A stretch of 61,464 nucleotides of DNA from Candidatus Falkowbacteria bacterium (GTDB taxonomy: Bacteria > Patescibacteriota > Patescibacteriia > Patescibacteriales > UBA12465). Positions 37,816 through 49,591 of the stretch are shown here, piece by piece. Position 1 is the first letter of the stretch; every line of letters begins with the position of its first letter. The translations under genes and the position numbers were made by a program. Location of the stretch: the NCBI GenBank assembly GCA_003554785.1, contig PWHG01000006.1, positions 1 through 61,464 of the forward strand. Direction: 5' to 3'. Under the pieces are notes generated by a model, which was not told the DNA's origin, did no database searches, and saw only the letters and a list, made by a program, of their open reading frames with translations.

Positions 37816-38961
37816 ATGATTATCAAAACTATAAAAAAGAAAAAAACTTGGAAGAATAAAAAAGTTTTGCTTCGTTTAGATTTAAATGTACCTATTAAAA
37901 ATGGAAAAGTATTGGATGACTTTAAAATTAAAGCCAGTCTAGACACCATTAACTATCTTCTAAAACAAAAAGCCAATATTATAATTTTAAGTCATCTTGG
38001 TCGTCCGGAAAAAGTTGATAAAAATTATTCACTAACTCCAATAGCTAAGAGACTAAAAGAATTAATAGGGGAAGATATTAATTTAGTAAGCAGTATCTCA
38101 GAAGCTAAAAAACATTCTTGGTCTCAGGGAACTTTATTGATGTTAGAAAATCTACGTTTCTTTTCTCAAGAAGAAAAAAATTTATCTGTTTTTGCTAAAA
38201 ATCTAGCCAGTCTAGCCTCTGTTTATGTAAATGATGCTCTAGCAGTTTCACATAGAAAGCATGCTTCAATTGATAAGATTAAAGACTATTTACCCGCTTA
38301 TGCTGGCATACTTTTAGAAAAAGAGTTAAATAATTTTTCTTATGTACTAAAACCTAAAAAGCCATTAGTTTTAGTAATGGGAGGTATAAAAATTTCTACC
38401 AAAGCTGCTCTTTTGAAAAATTTTGAAAAAAAGGCTGACTACATACTGCTTGGTGGAGGTTTAGCTAATACCTTTTTATATAGTCAAGGTTATGAAATTG
38501 GAAATTCGGTTTTTGAAAAAGATGGAAAAAAATATATTTCAAAATTAAAGGAAAAACAAAAAATCATTTTGCCAGTTGATCTTTTAGTTAAAACTAGAAG
38601 CGGTAGTGTAGCTCTAAGAGATGTAGATAAAGTTAGAAAAACAGATATTGTTTGTGATATTGGACCTAAAACTATAGTTAATTTTTGTAAAATTTTACAA
38701 AAATCCAAAACTATAATTTGGAATGGGCCAATGGGTAAATTTGAGGAAAAAAGTTTCAAGCACGGAACTTTAACTTTAGCGATCGCTATTGCTACCTTAA
38801 AAGACAAAGCTTTTTCACTGCTTGGTGGCGGAGAAACTATAAAGGCTCTGGAGATGTCAAAAATGGAGTCTCAAGTTAATTGGGTTTCAACTGGTGGTGG
38901 GGCTATGCTTAGCTATTTAAGTGGTGAAGATATGCCGGGACTTAAAAAAATTGTTAAATAA
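37816..38961 (+). CDS. pgk: Phosphoglycerate kinase
   Basis: VLLRLDLNVP, LSHLGRP, LENLRF, STGGGAMLSYL motifs. Confidence 0.95.
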   Translation: MIIKTIKKKKTWKNKKVLLRLDLNVPIKNGKVLDDFKIKASLDTINYLLKQKANIIILSHLGRPEKVDKNYSLTPIAKRLKELIGEDINLVSSISEAKKHSWSQGTLLMLENLRFFSQEEKNLSVFAKNLASLASVYVNDALAVSHRKHASIDKIKDYLPAYAGILLEKELNNFSYVLKPKKPLVLVMGGIKISTKAALLKNFEKKADYILLGGGLANTFLYSQGYEIGNSVFEKDGKKYISKLKEKQKIILPVDLLVKTRSGSVALRDVDKVRKTDIVCDIGPKTIVNFCKILQKSKTIIWNGPMGKFEEKSFKHGTLTLAIAIATLKDKAFSLLGGGETIKALEMSKMESQVNWVSTGGGAMLSYLSGEDMPGLKKIVK

Positions 38962-38987
38962 ATTTAATTATATTAAACATAATTTAT

Positions 38988-40274
38988 ATGTCAGCAAAAA
39001 TAAAAAAAATTAAAGCTTTAGAAATTTTAGACTCTCGCGGTTGGCCCACTATTTTAGTTAACCTAGAGTTAGTAAATGGAATAAAAGTTAAGGCTAGCTC
39101 GCCAGCGGGTACAACTACTAGTCAATATGAATCTAGGGATTTAATTGATGGTGATAAAAGACGCTACATGGGAAGAGGAGTTATGCTAGCAGTTAACCAT
39201 ATTAATGAAATAATCGCTAAAAATTTAGAAAAAAAGGATGCACGTGATCAAATGGGTATTGATAAGTTAATGGTTGAATTAGACGGAACTGAAAATAAAC
39301 GGCAAATTGGCTCCAACGCAATTTTAGCGGTTTCAGTAGCGGTTGCCAAAGCAGCGGCTTCATATAACAAGCAAGAACTATTTGTTTATTTACAAGAGAC
39401 ATATTCTCTAAAGCCTGAAAAATCAAAATTACCAGTTCCGCTTTTTAATATCTTCAATGGTGGCACTCATGCTGACACTAATTTAGATTTTCAAGAATTT
39501 TTAATTAACCCTAATTTTCAATCAGCTAGATTTAAAGAAACTGTTCATGAAAACCGAATGTCAAAAGTTATACGAGCGGGGGCAGAAGTTTATCACACTT
39601 TAGGTAAAATCTTAAGAGAATCTGGCTATGATAGCGATGTTGGTCTAGAAGGTGGTTATGCTCCTGATCTTGATTCCAGTATTAAGGCTATTGAATTAAT
39701 GTTAGCTGCTATTAAACGAGCTGGTTACAATCCCGAGGAGGACTTTAATATAGGTTTAGATATTGGCTCCTCAGTTTTATTTGATGAAATCAATGATCAA
39801 TATTTATTTGCTCTTGATGGTGGCCATATTAGCGCTACTGATTTAATTGGTTTATATAGCAACTGGCTTTCTCAGTATCCAATAAATTTTATTGAGGATG
39901 GTTTAAATGAAAATCAATGGTCTGAGTGGAAAAATTTAACTGATGAACTGGGAGATAAATTAACTATCGCTGGTGATGATTTATTTGCTAGTAATATTTC
40001 TCGCTTAAAAGAAGGAATTAAAAAAGGAGTGGCTAATGCCAGTATTTTAAAACCAAACCAAATCGGCACCTTGACTGAAATTATTGATTATGGCAAACTA
40101 GCGCTTGATAATAATTATCGTCTTATTGTCTCTCATCGCAGTGGTGAAACTACTGATACCTTTATTGTTGATTTAGCGGTTGCTCTAGGAGCTGACTTTT
40201 TAAAAGCTGGATCACTAAGTCGCGGAGAAAGAGTGGCTAAATATAATCGATTACTAGAAATTTCTTGTCTTTAA
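38988..40274 (+). CDS. eno: Enolase
   Basis: ALEILDSRGWPT, the SHRSGETTDTFIVDLAV signature, KPNQIGTLTE. Confidence 0.95.
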   Translation: MSAKIKKIKALEILDSRGWPTILVNLELVNGIKVKASSPAGTTTSQYESRDLIDGDKRRYMGRGVMLAVNHINEIIAKNLEKKDARDQMGIDKLMVELDGTENKRQIGSNAILAVSVAVAKAAASYNKQELFVYLQETYSLKPEKSKLPVPLFNIFNGGTHADTNLDFQEFLINPNFQSARFKETVHENRMSKVIRAGAEVYHTLGKILRESGYDSDVGLEGGYAPDLDSSIKAIELMLAAIKRAGYNPEEDFNIGLDIGSSVLFDEINDQYLFALDGGHISATDLIGLYSNWLSQYPINFIEDGLNENQWSEWKNLTDELGDKLTIAGDDLFASNISRLKEGIKKGVANASILKPNQIGTLTEIIDYGKLALDNNYRLIVSHRSGETTDTFIVDLAVALGADFLKAGSLSRGERVAKYNRLLEISCL

Positions 40275-40280
40275 ATTTTT

Positions 40281-41153
40281 ATGAGAGACGACAATCTTTT
40301 AGAAAAGGAGGAGGGAAGTAGAAGGCCAGTAGTGCTTTTATTTTTAGATGGTTTTGGAATTGATATTTTCGGTGATGTAAATGCAATCTCCACTGCTAAA
40401 CCAAAGTTTTTCTATAGTTTGGTTAAAGACTATCCAATCGCTCTTCTTAAAAATAGTAGTCGTGATCCTAGAAAAAGATATTGGTCACTAGGCACTGGAG
40501 AAAAAATAAAAAATTTTTCTCAAGCTAATACTTGTTTGTCAAAAATTTTAGCTGAAAATAATTTAAGACATTTAAAAATTAGTTCAGCCTATAATTTTAC
40601 ATACCTTAATTTATTGTTCAATAATTTTAATCCTGAGTCATTTCCGCTTGAGGAAAAGTTAATGGTTGGTCAAGAAAGACTAGATGTTTTCTCAGATGCT
40701 AAAGAAATTATTGAAGAAACTAAAAAAGCTATAGATGACAATAATCACGATTTTATTACAGTCAGTTTACCGATTTTAGATCAATTGTCAGCTAACTATA
40801 GTTTCAAGCAAACTGTTAAAGGAGTGAAGTTATTAGATGAATATATAAGAAAAATTAGCCAGCTTGTATTAGATAAAGACGCAATTCTTTTAATTGTTTC
40901 ACCATTTGGTAATGCTGAATATACTAAAGATTTATCTACTGATTGGTTAAACAAAGAGCCAACCAATAATCCGGTGCCATTTCTTTTAGTAGCTAAAGAG
41001 TATATGGGAAAAACCATTGGTTTTGCCGATCCTCTTGATGATGATTTAAGTTTGCTTTCTCCAATTGGAGGTTTAGATGTTTTTTTACCAACTGTTTTAA
41101 AATTTTTAAATATTGAAGCTAAGCATAAATTAATGAGTAAAAGTTTAATTTAA
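40281..41153 (+). CDS. Truncated cofactor-independent phosphoglycerate mutase (iPGM)-like protein lacking the transferase domain and most metal ligands
   Basis: PVVLLFLDGFG..NAISTAKPKFF N-terminus and NPVPFLLV..LPTVLKFLNIE..MSKSLI C-terminus match iPGM. Only 290 aa. SPFGNAE stands where iPGM has ADHGNAD. Confidence 0.6.
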   Translation: MRDDNLLEKEEGSRRPVVLLFLDGFGIDIFGDVNAISTAKPKFFYSLVKDYPIALLKNSSRDPRKRYWSLGTGEKIKNFSQANTCLSKILAENNLRHLKISSAYNFTYLNLLFNNFNPESFPLEEKLMVGQERLDVFSDAKEIIEETKKAIDDNNHDFITVSLPILDQLSANYSFKQTVKGVKLLDEYIRKISQLVLDKDAILLIVSPFGNAEYTKDLSTDWLNKEPTNNPVPFLLVAKEYMGKTIGFADPLDDDLSLLSPIGGLDVFLPTVLKFLNIEAKHKLMSKSLI

Positions 41154-41324
41154 AATTTTAAACCATGGAAGAAACCCGTTCTTTGTTAAAAAAAAATAAA
41201 ACATCACTTGAAATTGATGATTTTGGTTTTGGATCCCGCTTAATTCCAATCAAGGATGTGCTTGAAAGGGAAATAAAAATTTCTCTATGTCCTGTTGAGG
41301 GAGTTATTTATTATTATTAAATTA

Positions 41325-41357
41325 AAAAAGTCGTACAAAATGTACGACTTTTTCTTT
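41325..41357. terminator. Bidirectional terminator
   Basis: AAAAAGTCGTACA-aaa-TGTACGACTTTTT perfect hairpin between convergent transcription units. Confidence 0.8.
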
Positions 41358-41387
41358 TCAAAGAACTATCTACTTAGTAGTTCTTTT

Positions 41388-43794
<2,407 letters not shown>

Positions 43795-43905
43795 TTAAAA
43801 TAAAAAATTCCCGATTTTTGAGGGTATTTTATTGCTTAATTTTCATATCTTATATTACTATTTTAGCAGATAAAATTAATTTTGGCAATTAATTATAGGC
43901 ATTAT

Positions 43906-43933
43906 TTTTTACTAATTATGATTAGTAATTTAA
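43906..43933. repeat. 28-nt direct repeat copy A containing palindrome TTACTAAT-TATG-ATTAGTAA
   Basis: TTTTTACTAATTATGATTAGTAATTTAA, identical to 45248-45275 (checked base by base). Confidence 0.9.
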
Positions 43934-43940
43934 GGTATTT

Positions 43941-43960
43941 TTACTAATCACGATTAGTAA
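43941..43960. repeat. Second copy of the palindrome (TTACTAAT-CACG-ATTAGTAA), overlapping the ATPase stop codon
   Basis: Same 8-nt arms with a different 4-nt spacer, 12 nt from palindrome A. Confidence 0.85.
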
Positions 43961-45246
43961 TTTTCTAAACTCCATTTCCAAGCTGGTTTTAAAACTATTT
44001 TTTTGTTTTCAATATTTATAGTTTCATCTTCTTTTTCATTGATAATAATTGCTTGGCTTAAATTATATTTATCTAATACCTTTTTAATTCCTTTAATTTC
44101 TCGCTTTTCATTGTCTTTATTGATATCATAGCAAACTTGAATTGCTTGATTTATTTTTTTATCTTTTTTAATTAAAAAATCGCACTCAAAATCATTATTA
44201 TAATAATATACATCTTTTTTTCTTCTAATTAACTCTAGAAATACATGATTTTCTAAAAGCTTTCCTTTATCTTTTGAAAAATTAAAAGCTACTTGGCTGA
44301 TTAGGCCATTATCAATGCAATAAATTTTTTTATTATTAATATTTTGTTTTTTAATAGAATAGTCAAATTTTTTCAATTCATAAAATATGTAGGCATTTTT
44401 TAGATATTCAACATAATCTTTTATTGTGTTTTCATTTGTATTTAGATATTTACCTAATTTAGTGTAACTAAAAAAACTCGTATAATTAGTTATTAAGTAA
44501 TAAGCTAATTCCTTTAGGGTAACTTTTTGTTTTATTTGGTTATTATCAATTACATCTTTGAGAATTATTGTTTTATAATAATTTTCTAAAATAGATAAGT
44601 TATTTTCAATAACCACCTCAGGAAAACCTCCTGTTTTTAAATAATTTTGAAAGTTTTTAATTAGCTTATTTTTAATTGGATAGTTATCAATTTCATTTTT
44701 ATAATATTTTATATTTTTAGATTGCAGATATTCTTTAAAAGAGAAGGGAAAATTTATATGACTAAAATATCTGCCAGAAAGTCTTGATATATATTGGCTT
44801 TCTAGTAATTGTGAATTAGAGCCGGTTATTATTATTTTTTTAAACAACTTAGTATCATAAACTTCTTTTACCCATTTTTCCCATAATTCTATGTTCTGAA
44901 TTTCATCTAGAAAAATATAGTCAATTTTTTTATTTAAAATAACTTCAGCTTGATCAATTATTTCATATAAATTTTGAGCTTTTTTGTAATATGGAGTAAA
45001 TATTGGTGCATCAAAATTAATAAAAAGTATCGATTTAGGTGAAATTTTTTTGTTAAAAATTAATTTATCAATTAAAATATTTAAAATTGTTGATTTTCCA
45101 CTCCGCCTAACACCAGTGATTATTTCTATAAACTTAGAGTTAAAGTCAACTTCTTTAATTAACTCACGCTCAGTATATTCTATTTTTTTATAATCACTTT
45201 GCCAGTGATTGTTTTGTCTTAATAATGTATTTTTTAAATTTTCCAT
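43954..45246 (-). CDS. Orphan AAA ATPase (AAA_14 type) with C-terminal DUF4143/PD-(D/E)xK-like module
   Basis: Walker A GVRRSGKST, Walker B YIFLDEIQNI, C-terminal FECDFLIKK..AIQVCY motif. Confidence 0.75.
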   Translation of the reverse strand: MENLKNTLLRQNNHWQSDYKKIEYTERELIKEVDFNSKFIEIITGVRRSGKSTILNILIDKLIFNKKISPKSILFINFDAPIFTPYYKKAQNLYEIIDQAEVILNKKIDYIFLDEIQNIELWEKWVKEVYDTKLFKKIIITGSNSQLLESQYISRLSGRYFSHINFPFSFKEYLQSKNIKYYKNEIDNYPIKNKLIKNFQNYLKTGGFPEVVIENNLSILENYYKTIILKDVIDNNQIKQKVTLKELAYYLITNYTSFFSYTKLGKYLNTNENTIKDYVEYLKNAYIFYELKKFDYSIKKQNINNKKIYCIDNGLISQVAFNFSKDKGKLLENHVFLELIRRKKDVYYYNNDFECDFLIKKDKKINQAIQVCYDINKDNEKREIKGIKKVLDKYNLSQAIIINEKEDETINIENKKIVLKPAWKWSLENY

Positions 45247-45247
45247 A

Positions 45248-45275
45248 TTTTTACTAATTATGATTAGTAATTTAA
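45248..45275. repeat. 28-nt direct repeat copy B (palindromic operator), 1 nt upstream of the ATPase start codon
   Basis: Exact copy of 43906-43933. Confidence 0.9.
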
Positions 45276-45303
45276 TTATATAATATTTACAAAATTAATG
45301 CAA
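45275..45303 (-). promoter_or_regulatory. Promoter of the 43954-45246 ATPase (TTGCAT-17-TATAAT)
   Basis: Minus strand: -35 at 45298-45303 and -10 at 45275-45280. The palindrome starts 4 nt downstream of the -10 and so covers the predicted start site. Confidence 0.55.
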
Positions 45304-45373
45304 ATATATGTAATAATTTTTCAATTTATGATATTATAATTAATAGCTAATATATAAATTTAACAATAACTAT

Positions 45374-46288
45374 ATGAAAATATTAGTCACTGGTGGAGCC
45401 GGCTTTATTGGCTCTAATTTAGTTGATTCTTTAATTAGTCATGGTCACTCTGTTTGTGTGATCGATGACCTCTCAAGTGGAAAACTTGACTATATACATA
45501 AAGAGGCTAAATTCTATCAATTAAGTATAATTGATAAAAAAATCTCTAAAATTTTTGCCAAGGAAAACTTTGATATTATCTATCACTTAGCGGCTCAAAT
45601 TGATGTTCGCGTATCAGTTGCTAACCCCGAGATTGACAATAATATTAATGTCTTAGGTGGCTTAAATATTTTAGAAAACTGTAAAGCTTTTGGAGTAAAG
45701 AAGATAATATTTAGCTCAACTGGTGGAGCTATCTATGGTTTAACTGAAGAGATTCCCACTAGTGAGAATTGTCTAACCTATCCGCTCTCACCTTATGGAA
45801 TAAATAAGTTGACTTTTGAAAAGTATTTATATTATTTCTATAATCAATATAATCTAAATTTTTCCATACTAAGATTTGGAAATGTTTATGGTCCACGTCA
45901 ATTTAAAGGTGGAGAAGCTGGAGTGATTGCTATTTTTTGTGAGCAAGCAGTAAACAGGGAAGAGTTAACAATATTTGGAGATGGCAAGCAAACCAGAGAT
46001 TATGTCTATGTTGATGATGTTGTCTCAGCTATGATTTTATGCTTAAATATTGATTGTCGAGGTGAGCTAAACATTGCTACCTCAATTGAAACTGATTTAT
46101 GGCAAATTATTGATCAGCTAGAAAATACTTTAGGCTATAAGTTGAAAGTAAAGCAAGAAGATCCAAAATTAGGAGAGCAAAGACGCAGTGCTCTGAGCTA
46201 TAAACGAGCCAATGATGTTTTAAATTGGGAGCCAAAGTTTAGTTTAGAGGAAGGAATAAAAAATACTATTAACTGGACTAAGAAATAA
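45374..46288 (+). CDS. NAD-dependent epimerase/dehydratase (UDP-glucose 4-epimerase-like SDR)
   Basis: VTGGAGFIGSN Rossmann motif and the catalytic SPYGINK (YxxxK). Confidence 0.85.
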   Translation: MKILVTGGAGFIGSNLVDSLISHGHSVCVIDDLSSGKLDYIHKEAKFYQLSIIDKKISKIFAKENFDIIYHLAAQIDVRVSVANPEIDNNINVLGGLNILENCKAFGVKKIIFSSTGGAIYGLTEEIPTSENCLTYPLSPYGINKLTFEKYLYYFYNQYNLNFSILRFGNVYGPRQFKGGEAGVIAIFCEQAVNREELTIFGDGKQTRDYVYVDDVVSAMILCLNIDCRGELNIATSIETDLWQIIDQLENTLGYKLKVKQEDPKLGEQRRSALSYKRANDVLNWEPKFSLEEGIKNTINWTKK

Positions 46289-46303
46289 AAATAATTTAAA
46301 AAT

Positions 46304-47041
46304 ATGTCAAAAACCATAATTGCAAATTTTAAAATGGAGCTTAGCTTAAAGCAAAGCCTTGATTTACTGAAAAAATATAAAAAAGGTTTAAAAACCATAA
46401 ACACTAATTATAATTTAGTAGTTTGTCCTGATTTTTTATGCCTCGCTTATTTATCCGCCAAAGATGAAAAAACTAGAGTTTTTCCTTTTAACCTCGGTTC
46501 ACAAACTGTTGGTCATCTAAAATATGGTGCCTTAACTGGTGAAGTGTCAGCTTTTAATCTAAAAGATATTGGTGTTAGTTTTTGTTTACTTGGCCATAGC
46601 GAAAGAAGACAAATGGGAGAAAACAATCATATAATTAGAGAGAAAATAAAGACAGCTCTTAAAGCTAAATTAATCCCCGTTTTATGTATTGGTGAGGAAA
46701 AGAAATTAAGTAAAAGCAAATTAGATACCTTTCTTGCAAAAGAAATTAGAGAAACTTTTTCTGGATTTAGTCAATCAGAAATGAAAAAAATAATTATAGC
46801 CTATGAACCAGTTTGGGCGATTGGAAATAAAAATCCCTGTTTGCCTAAAAAAGCTGATGAAGTTCACGGACTAATAAAGGAGATAATTTTTAAAAAGTTT
46901 AAGACTAATATTAAAGTCTTATATGGTGGTAGTGTTAATGGGGAAAATGCTAAAAGCTATTTAGAATGGGAAAATATTGATGGTCTGCTAGTTGGTGGAG
47001 CTTCACTGTCATGGAAAAAGTTTAAAAAAGTAATTAATTAA
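46304..47041 (+). CDS. tpiA: Triosephosphate isomerase
   Basis: ANFKM, GHSERR, AYEPVWAIG, YGGSV motifs. Confidence 0.9.
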   Translation: MSKTIIANFKMELSLKQSLDLLKKYKKGLKTINTNYNLVVCPDFLCLAYLSAKDEKTRVFPFNLGSQTVGHLKYGALTGEVSAFNLKDIGVSFCLLGHSERRQMGENNHIIREKIKTALKAKLIPVLCIGEEKKLSKSKLDTFLAKEIRETFSGFSQSEMKKIIIAYEPVWAIGNKNPCLPKKADEVHGLIKEIIFKKFKTNIKVLYGGSVNGENAKSYLEWENIDGLLVGGASLSWKKFKKVIN

Positions 47042-47044
47042 TAT

Positions 47045-47860
47045 ATGGAATCTTGGATATCTTTAACAATAATTGTAATTTGTTTGCTTGTAATTCTTTT
47101 TATTATCTTAAAAAAGTTTCCAGCTTTAGCTATTTTAGATGCTAAAGAAATGCCTGGTGAAAAAGAAGCTAAGTCCAAAGAAAGAATTATTAAACAAAGA
47201 CTAAAAAGAGATCTTTCAAAAGCTAATGGCTTTTTAGCTAGAGTGAAATTAGCACTGAATAAATTTTTTAATAGTTTCTTAGATAATTACTACACAAAGC
47301 TGAAAAAAATTAAAGCTGAGCGCAGACGAGAAGAAAAAAATCATCCAATTGATAGACAAAATACTATTAGTCAGCTATTTTTAAAAGCTAAGGAAGCTAA
47401 AATGCAGGAAGATTGGCAAAAAGCCGAAGAAAGCTTGATTGAAATTGTATCTCTAGATACTAAGAATTTAGTAGCTTTTTATGACCTAGGAAAACTATAT
47501 TTTGAATGGAAAAAATATAGTGAAAGTCGCGATACTCTCCTGCATGTTTTTAAGCTCTATCATCAACTCAAAGGTGATCCAGAAAGCATTGAAGATATTA
47601 ATCCTCAGGAAATTAGGTTTTCTTTAGCAGAAGTTAATTTAGAATTAAATAATTTAGATGAAGCTATTGAATATATTAGCCAGGCTTTAGACAAAGAGCC
47701 TAATAATCCACGTTTTCTTGATTTAATTTTTGATTTAAGTATAATGAAAAAAGATCTTAAATCTGCTAAGCAGTATTACAAAAGATTAGTTGAAGTTAAT
47801 CCGGAAAATAAAAAGTTAGAGGAACTAAAGGAGAAAATTAAACAAATTGAAGATAATTAG
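47045..47860 (+). CDS. Membrane-anchored TPR-repeat protein
   Basis: N-terminal TM helix plus TPR-like repeats (W.KAEE.L.E....D..N..A.Y.LG..Y). Confidence 0.6.
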   Translation: MESWISLTIIVICLLVILFIILKKFPALAILDAKEMPGEKEAKSKERIIKQRLKRDLSKANGFLARVKLALNKFFNSFLDNYYTKLKKIKAERRREEKNHPIDRQNTISQLFLKAKEAKMQEDWQKAEESLIEIVSLDTKNLVAFYDLGKLYFEWKKYSESRDTLLHVFKLYHQLKGDPESIEDINPQEIRFSLAEVNLELNNLDEAIEYISQALDKEPNNPRFLDLIFDLSIMKKDLKSAKQYYKRLVEVNPENKKLEELKEKIKQIEDN

Positions 47861-47932
47861 CCGTTGTAGCTCAGTTGGTAGAGCATTTCCATGGTAAGGA
47901 AAAGGTCACCGGTTCAAGCCCGGTCAACGGCT
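47860..47932 (+). tRNA. tRNA-Thr (anticodon GGU)
   Basis: Acceptor GCCGTTG/CAACGGC, D-arm GCTC-AGTTGGTA-GAGC, anticodon stem TTTCC/GGAAA, loop ATGGTAA, T-arm ACCGG-TTCAAGC-CCGGT. Its first G is the G of the upstream TAG stop. Confidence 0.9.
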
Positions 47933-47938
47933 CATTTT

Positions 47939-47965
47939 AAACAGATTTGTCTAAATCTGTTTTTT
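47939..47965 (+). terminator. Terminator after tRNA-Thr(GGU)
   Basis: AAACAGATTT-gtct-AAATCTGTTT followed by a T-run. Confidence 0.8.
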
Positions 47966-47984
47966 AATAAATAATACTAATAAA

Positions 47985-48584
47985 ATGAAATTAAAATTAA
48001 TTATTCATGAATTAAAAGAGCATAGTCCTTTTACTGCCTTAGCAGTTTTGATTGCTATTTTAATGGTTATAATTTTGCAATATTTATTGCAAGTCAGTCT
48101 TGATGAAGATATTTTTCATCTCGCTCATTTTTTACACGTTATAGTTTCAGCTGTTGCTACTAGTGCATTATATTATAAATACAAAAAATCTTTTCTTAAA
48201 GCAATTTTCATTGGTGTTTTTGGCGCGATACTTATTGGTAGTTTAAGTGATGTAATTTTTCCTTATTTAGGAGGCCTAATTATTGACTCACATATGCATT
48301 TTCATTTACCAATTATTGAGGAAACATTTCTAACTTTAAGCTTAGCTATTTTTGGTGCTATATCTGGTGTTATAATAAAAATTAGTAAAACTCCTCACCT
48401 ACTTCATGTTTTTTTATCAGTTTTTGCTAGTTTATTTTATCTGTTAGCCTTTAGTCCAGATTTCTCTCCAATTTATTTCACTATAACTTTTTTCATTGTC
48501 TTTTTAGCTGTGATTGTTCCATGTTGTTTGAGTGATATTGTTTTTCCATTATTTTTCTGTAAAAAGTGTAAAAGCATAAAATAG
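47985..48584 (+). CDS. Polytopic membrane protein with His-rich motifs, unknown function
   Basis: 199 aa, about 6 TM helices. HLAHFLHV and HMHFHLP clusters could bind metal (speculative). Confidence 0.5.
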   Translation: MKLKLIIHELKEHSPFTALAVLIAILMVIILQYLLQVSLDEDIFHLAHFLHVIVSAVATSALYYKYKKSFLKAIFIGVFGAILIGSLSDVIFPYLGGLIIDSHMHFHLPIIEETFLTLSLAIFGAISGVIIKISKTPHLLHVFLSVFASLFYLLAFSPDFSPIYFTITFFIVFLAVIVPCCLSDIVFPLFFCKKCKSIK

Positions 48585-48592
48585 GATTAATA

Positions 48593-48626
48593 AAAAAAGC
48601 TACTAAATATTTAGTTGCTTTTTTTA
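48593..48626. terminator. Bidirectional terminator (imperfect hairpin)
   Basis: AAAAAAGCTACTAAAT/ATTTAGTTGCTTTTTT with one mismatch, between convergent genes. Confidence 0.6.
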
Positions 48627-48645
48627 TTTATTTTAATTATTCAAT

Positions 48646-49506
48646 TTATTTTACATTTTCTTTTTTAATAAACAAATAAAACGATACCACCGCTGCTAAA
48701 AGGGCACTAGCACCAATTATTTCTAGATTTTCTTCAACTAGAGAGTCCATAAGGAAGAAATCAATGGGAAAACTAGAGCTTGCTTGCCAGTCAGCCCAAA
48801 CTTTAGGCAAATTAGCATCACCAATTAAAAGACTAAAATTATACATATGTTGACCAACTTGAGAATATAGGTTTTGATCAAACACCTTTGAAAAAGCAGT
48901 GCCAATAAAGGAAAGGGAACCAGCTAGGAAATAGAAAATAAAACCAATAATTAAATAAGTTCTAGTTTTTTTAAATCTTTTCAAAAATCCACCATAACGA
49001 ATTAGAGTGTAAAGTGGTAAACCACCCAAAAAACCAAAATAAAGGAGTTCAAAACTACTACCAGCCCATGATTGTTCGGCTTCAACAAAAATTGCTTGAA
49101 TATAGCTCATAAAAACATGGCGAAGATCACCAGTGTCTTCAAGCAGCATTAAAGTAAAAGAAATTGCCAGTAGTAACCAAAACTTAAATTGTCGTTTGGA
49201 GACATTTCTTCTAGTGCCAGCTATAAAAGCTGAGGTCATAGCTGCTCCACCAAGAAAGAGGTATTGAAATATTTCCGCAATACCACTATTTCTTCCCCAA
49301 TGTTGAAAAAAGAAAGGTCGGTAAGTGAAGTAAAAATAATAACCCTTAGTGTTAAATAAAACATCTCTTAAACCAAAAATATTGTGTAGATCAATTAAAT
49401 AAAAAGTTAGATAAGAAAAAAATACTAAAAAAATTCCCAAAAAGAAAATTTTATCAGCTAAATTAAGTTTTCTTTTTTTTCTTATCTTTTTTTTCTCGTT
49501 TTCCAT
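48646..49506 (-). CDS. Polytopic membrane protein, unknown function
   Basis: 286 aa, about 8 hydrophobic helices. Confidence 0.5.
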   Translation of the reverse strand: MENEKKKIRKKRKLNLADKIFFLGIFLVFFSYLTFYLIDLHNIFGLRDVLFNTKGYYFYFTYRPFFFQHWGRNSGIAEIFQYLFLGGAAMTSAFIAGTRRNVSKRQFKFWLLLAISFTLMLLEDTGDLRHVFMSYIQAIFVEAEQSWAGSSFELLYFGFLGGLPLYTLIRYGGFLKRFKKTRTYLIIGFIFYFLAGSLSFIGTAFSKVFDQNLYSQVGQHMYNFSLLIGDANLPKVWADWQASSSFPIDFFLMDSLVEENLEIIGASALLAAVVSFYLFIKKENVK

Positions 49507-49591
49507 AGTTTTATTATATTTTTTGTATTATAAAATAATTTTATAGCTTTTATTTATTTTAAGCAAGACTTTTTTATGCTAGTATTGTTTT

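Noticed and set aside
41165-41320. 51-codon plus-strand ORF (MEETRSLLKKNKTSLEIDDFGFGSRLIPIKDVLEREIKISLCPVEGVIYYY) between the iPGM-like gene and the terminator
   Set aside because: It is plausible, since a terminator follows 5 nt after its stop. However, that terminator can equally serve the iPGM-like gene, and no motif or SD supports coding.
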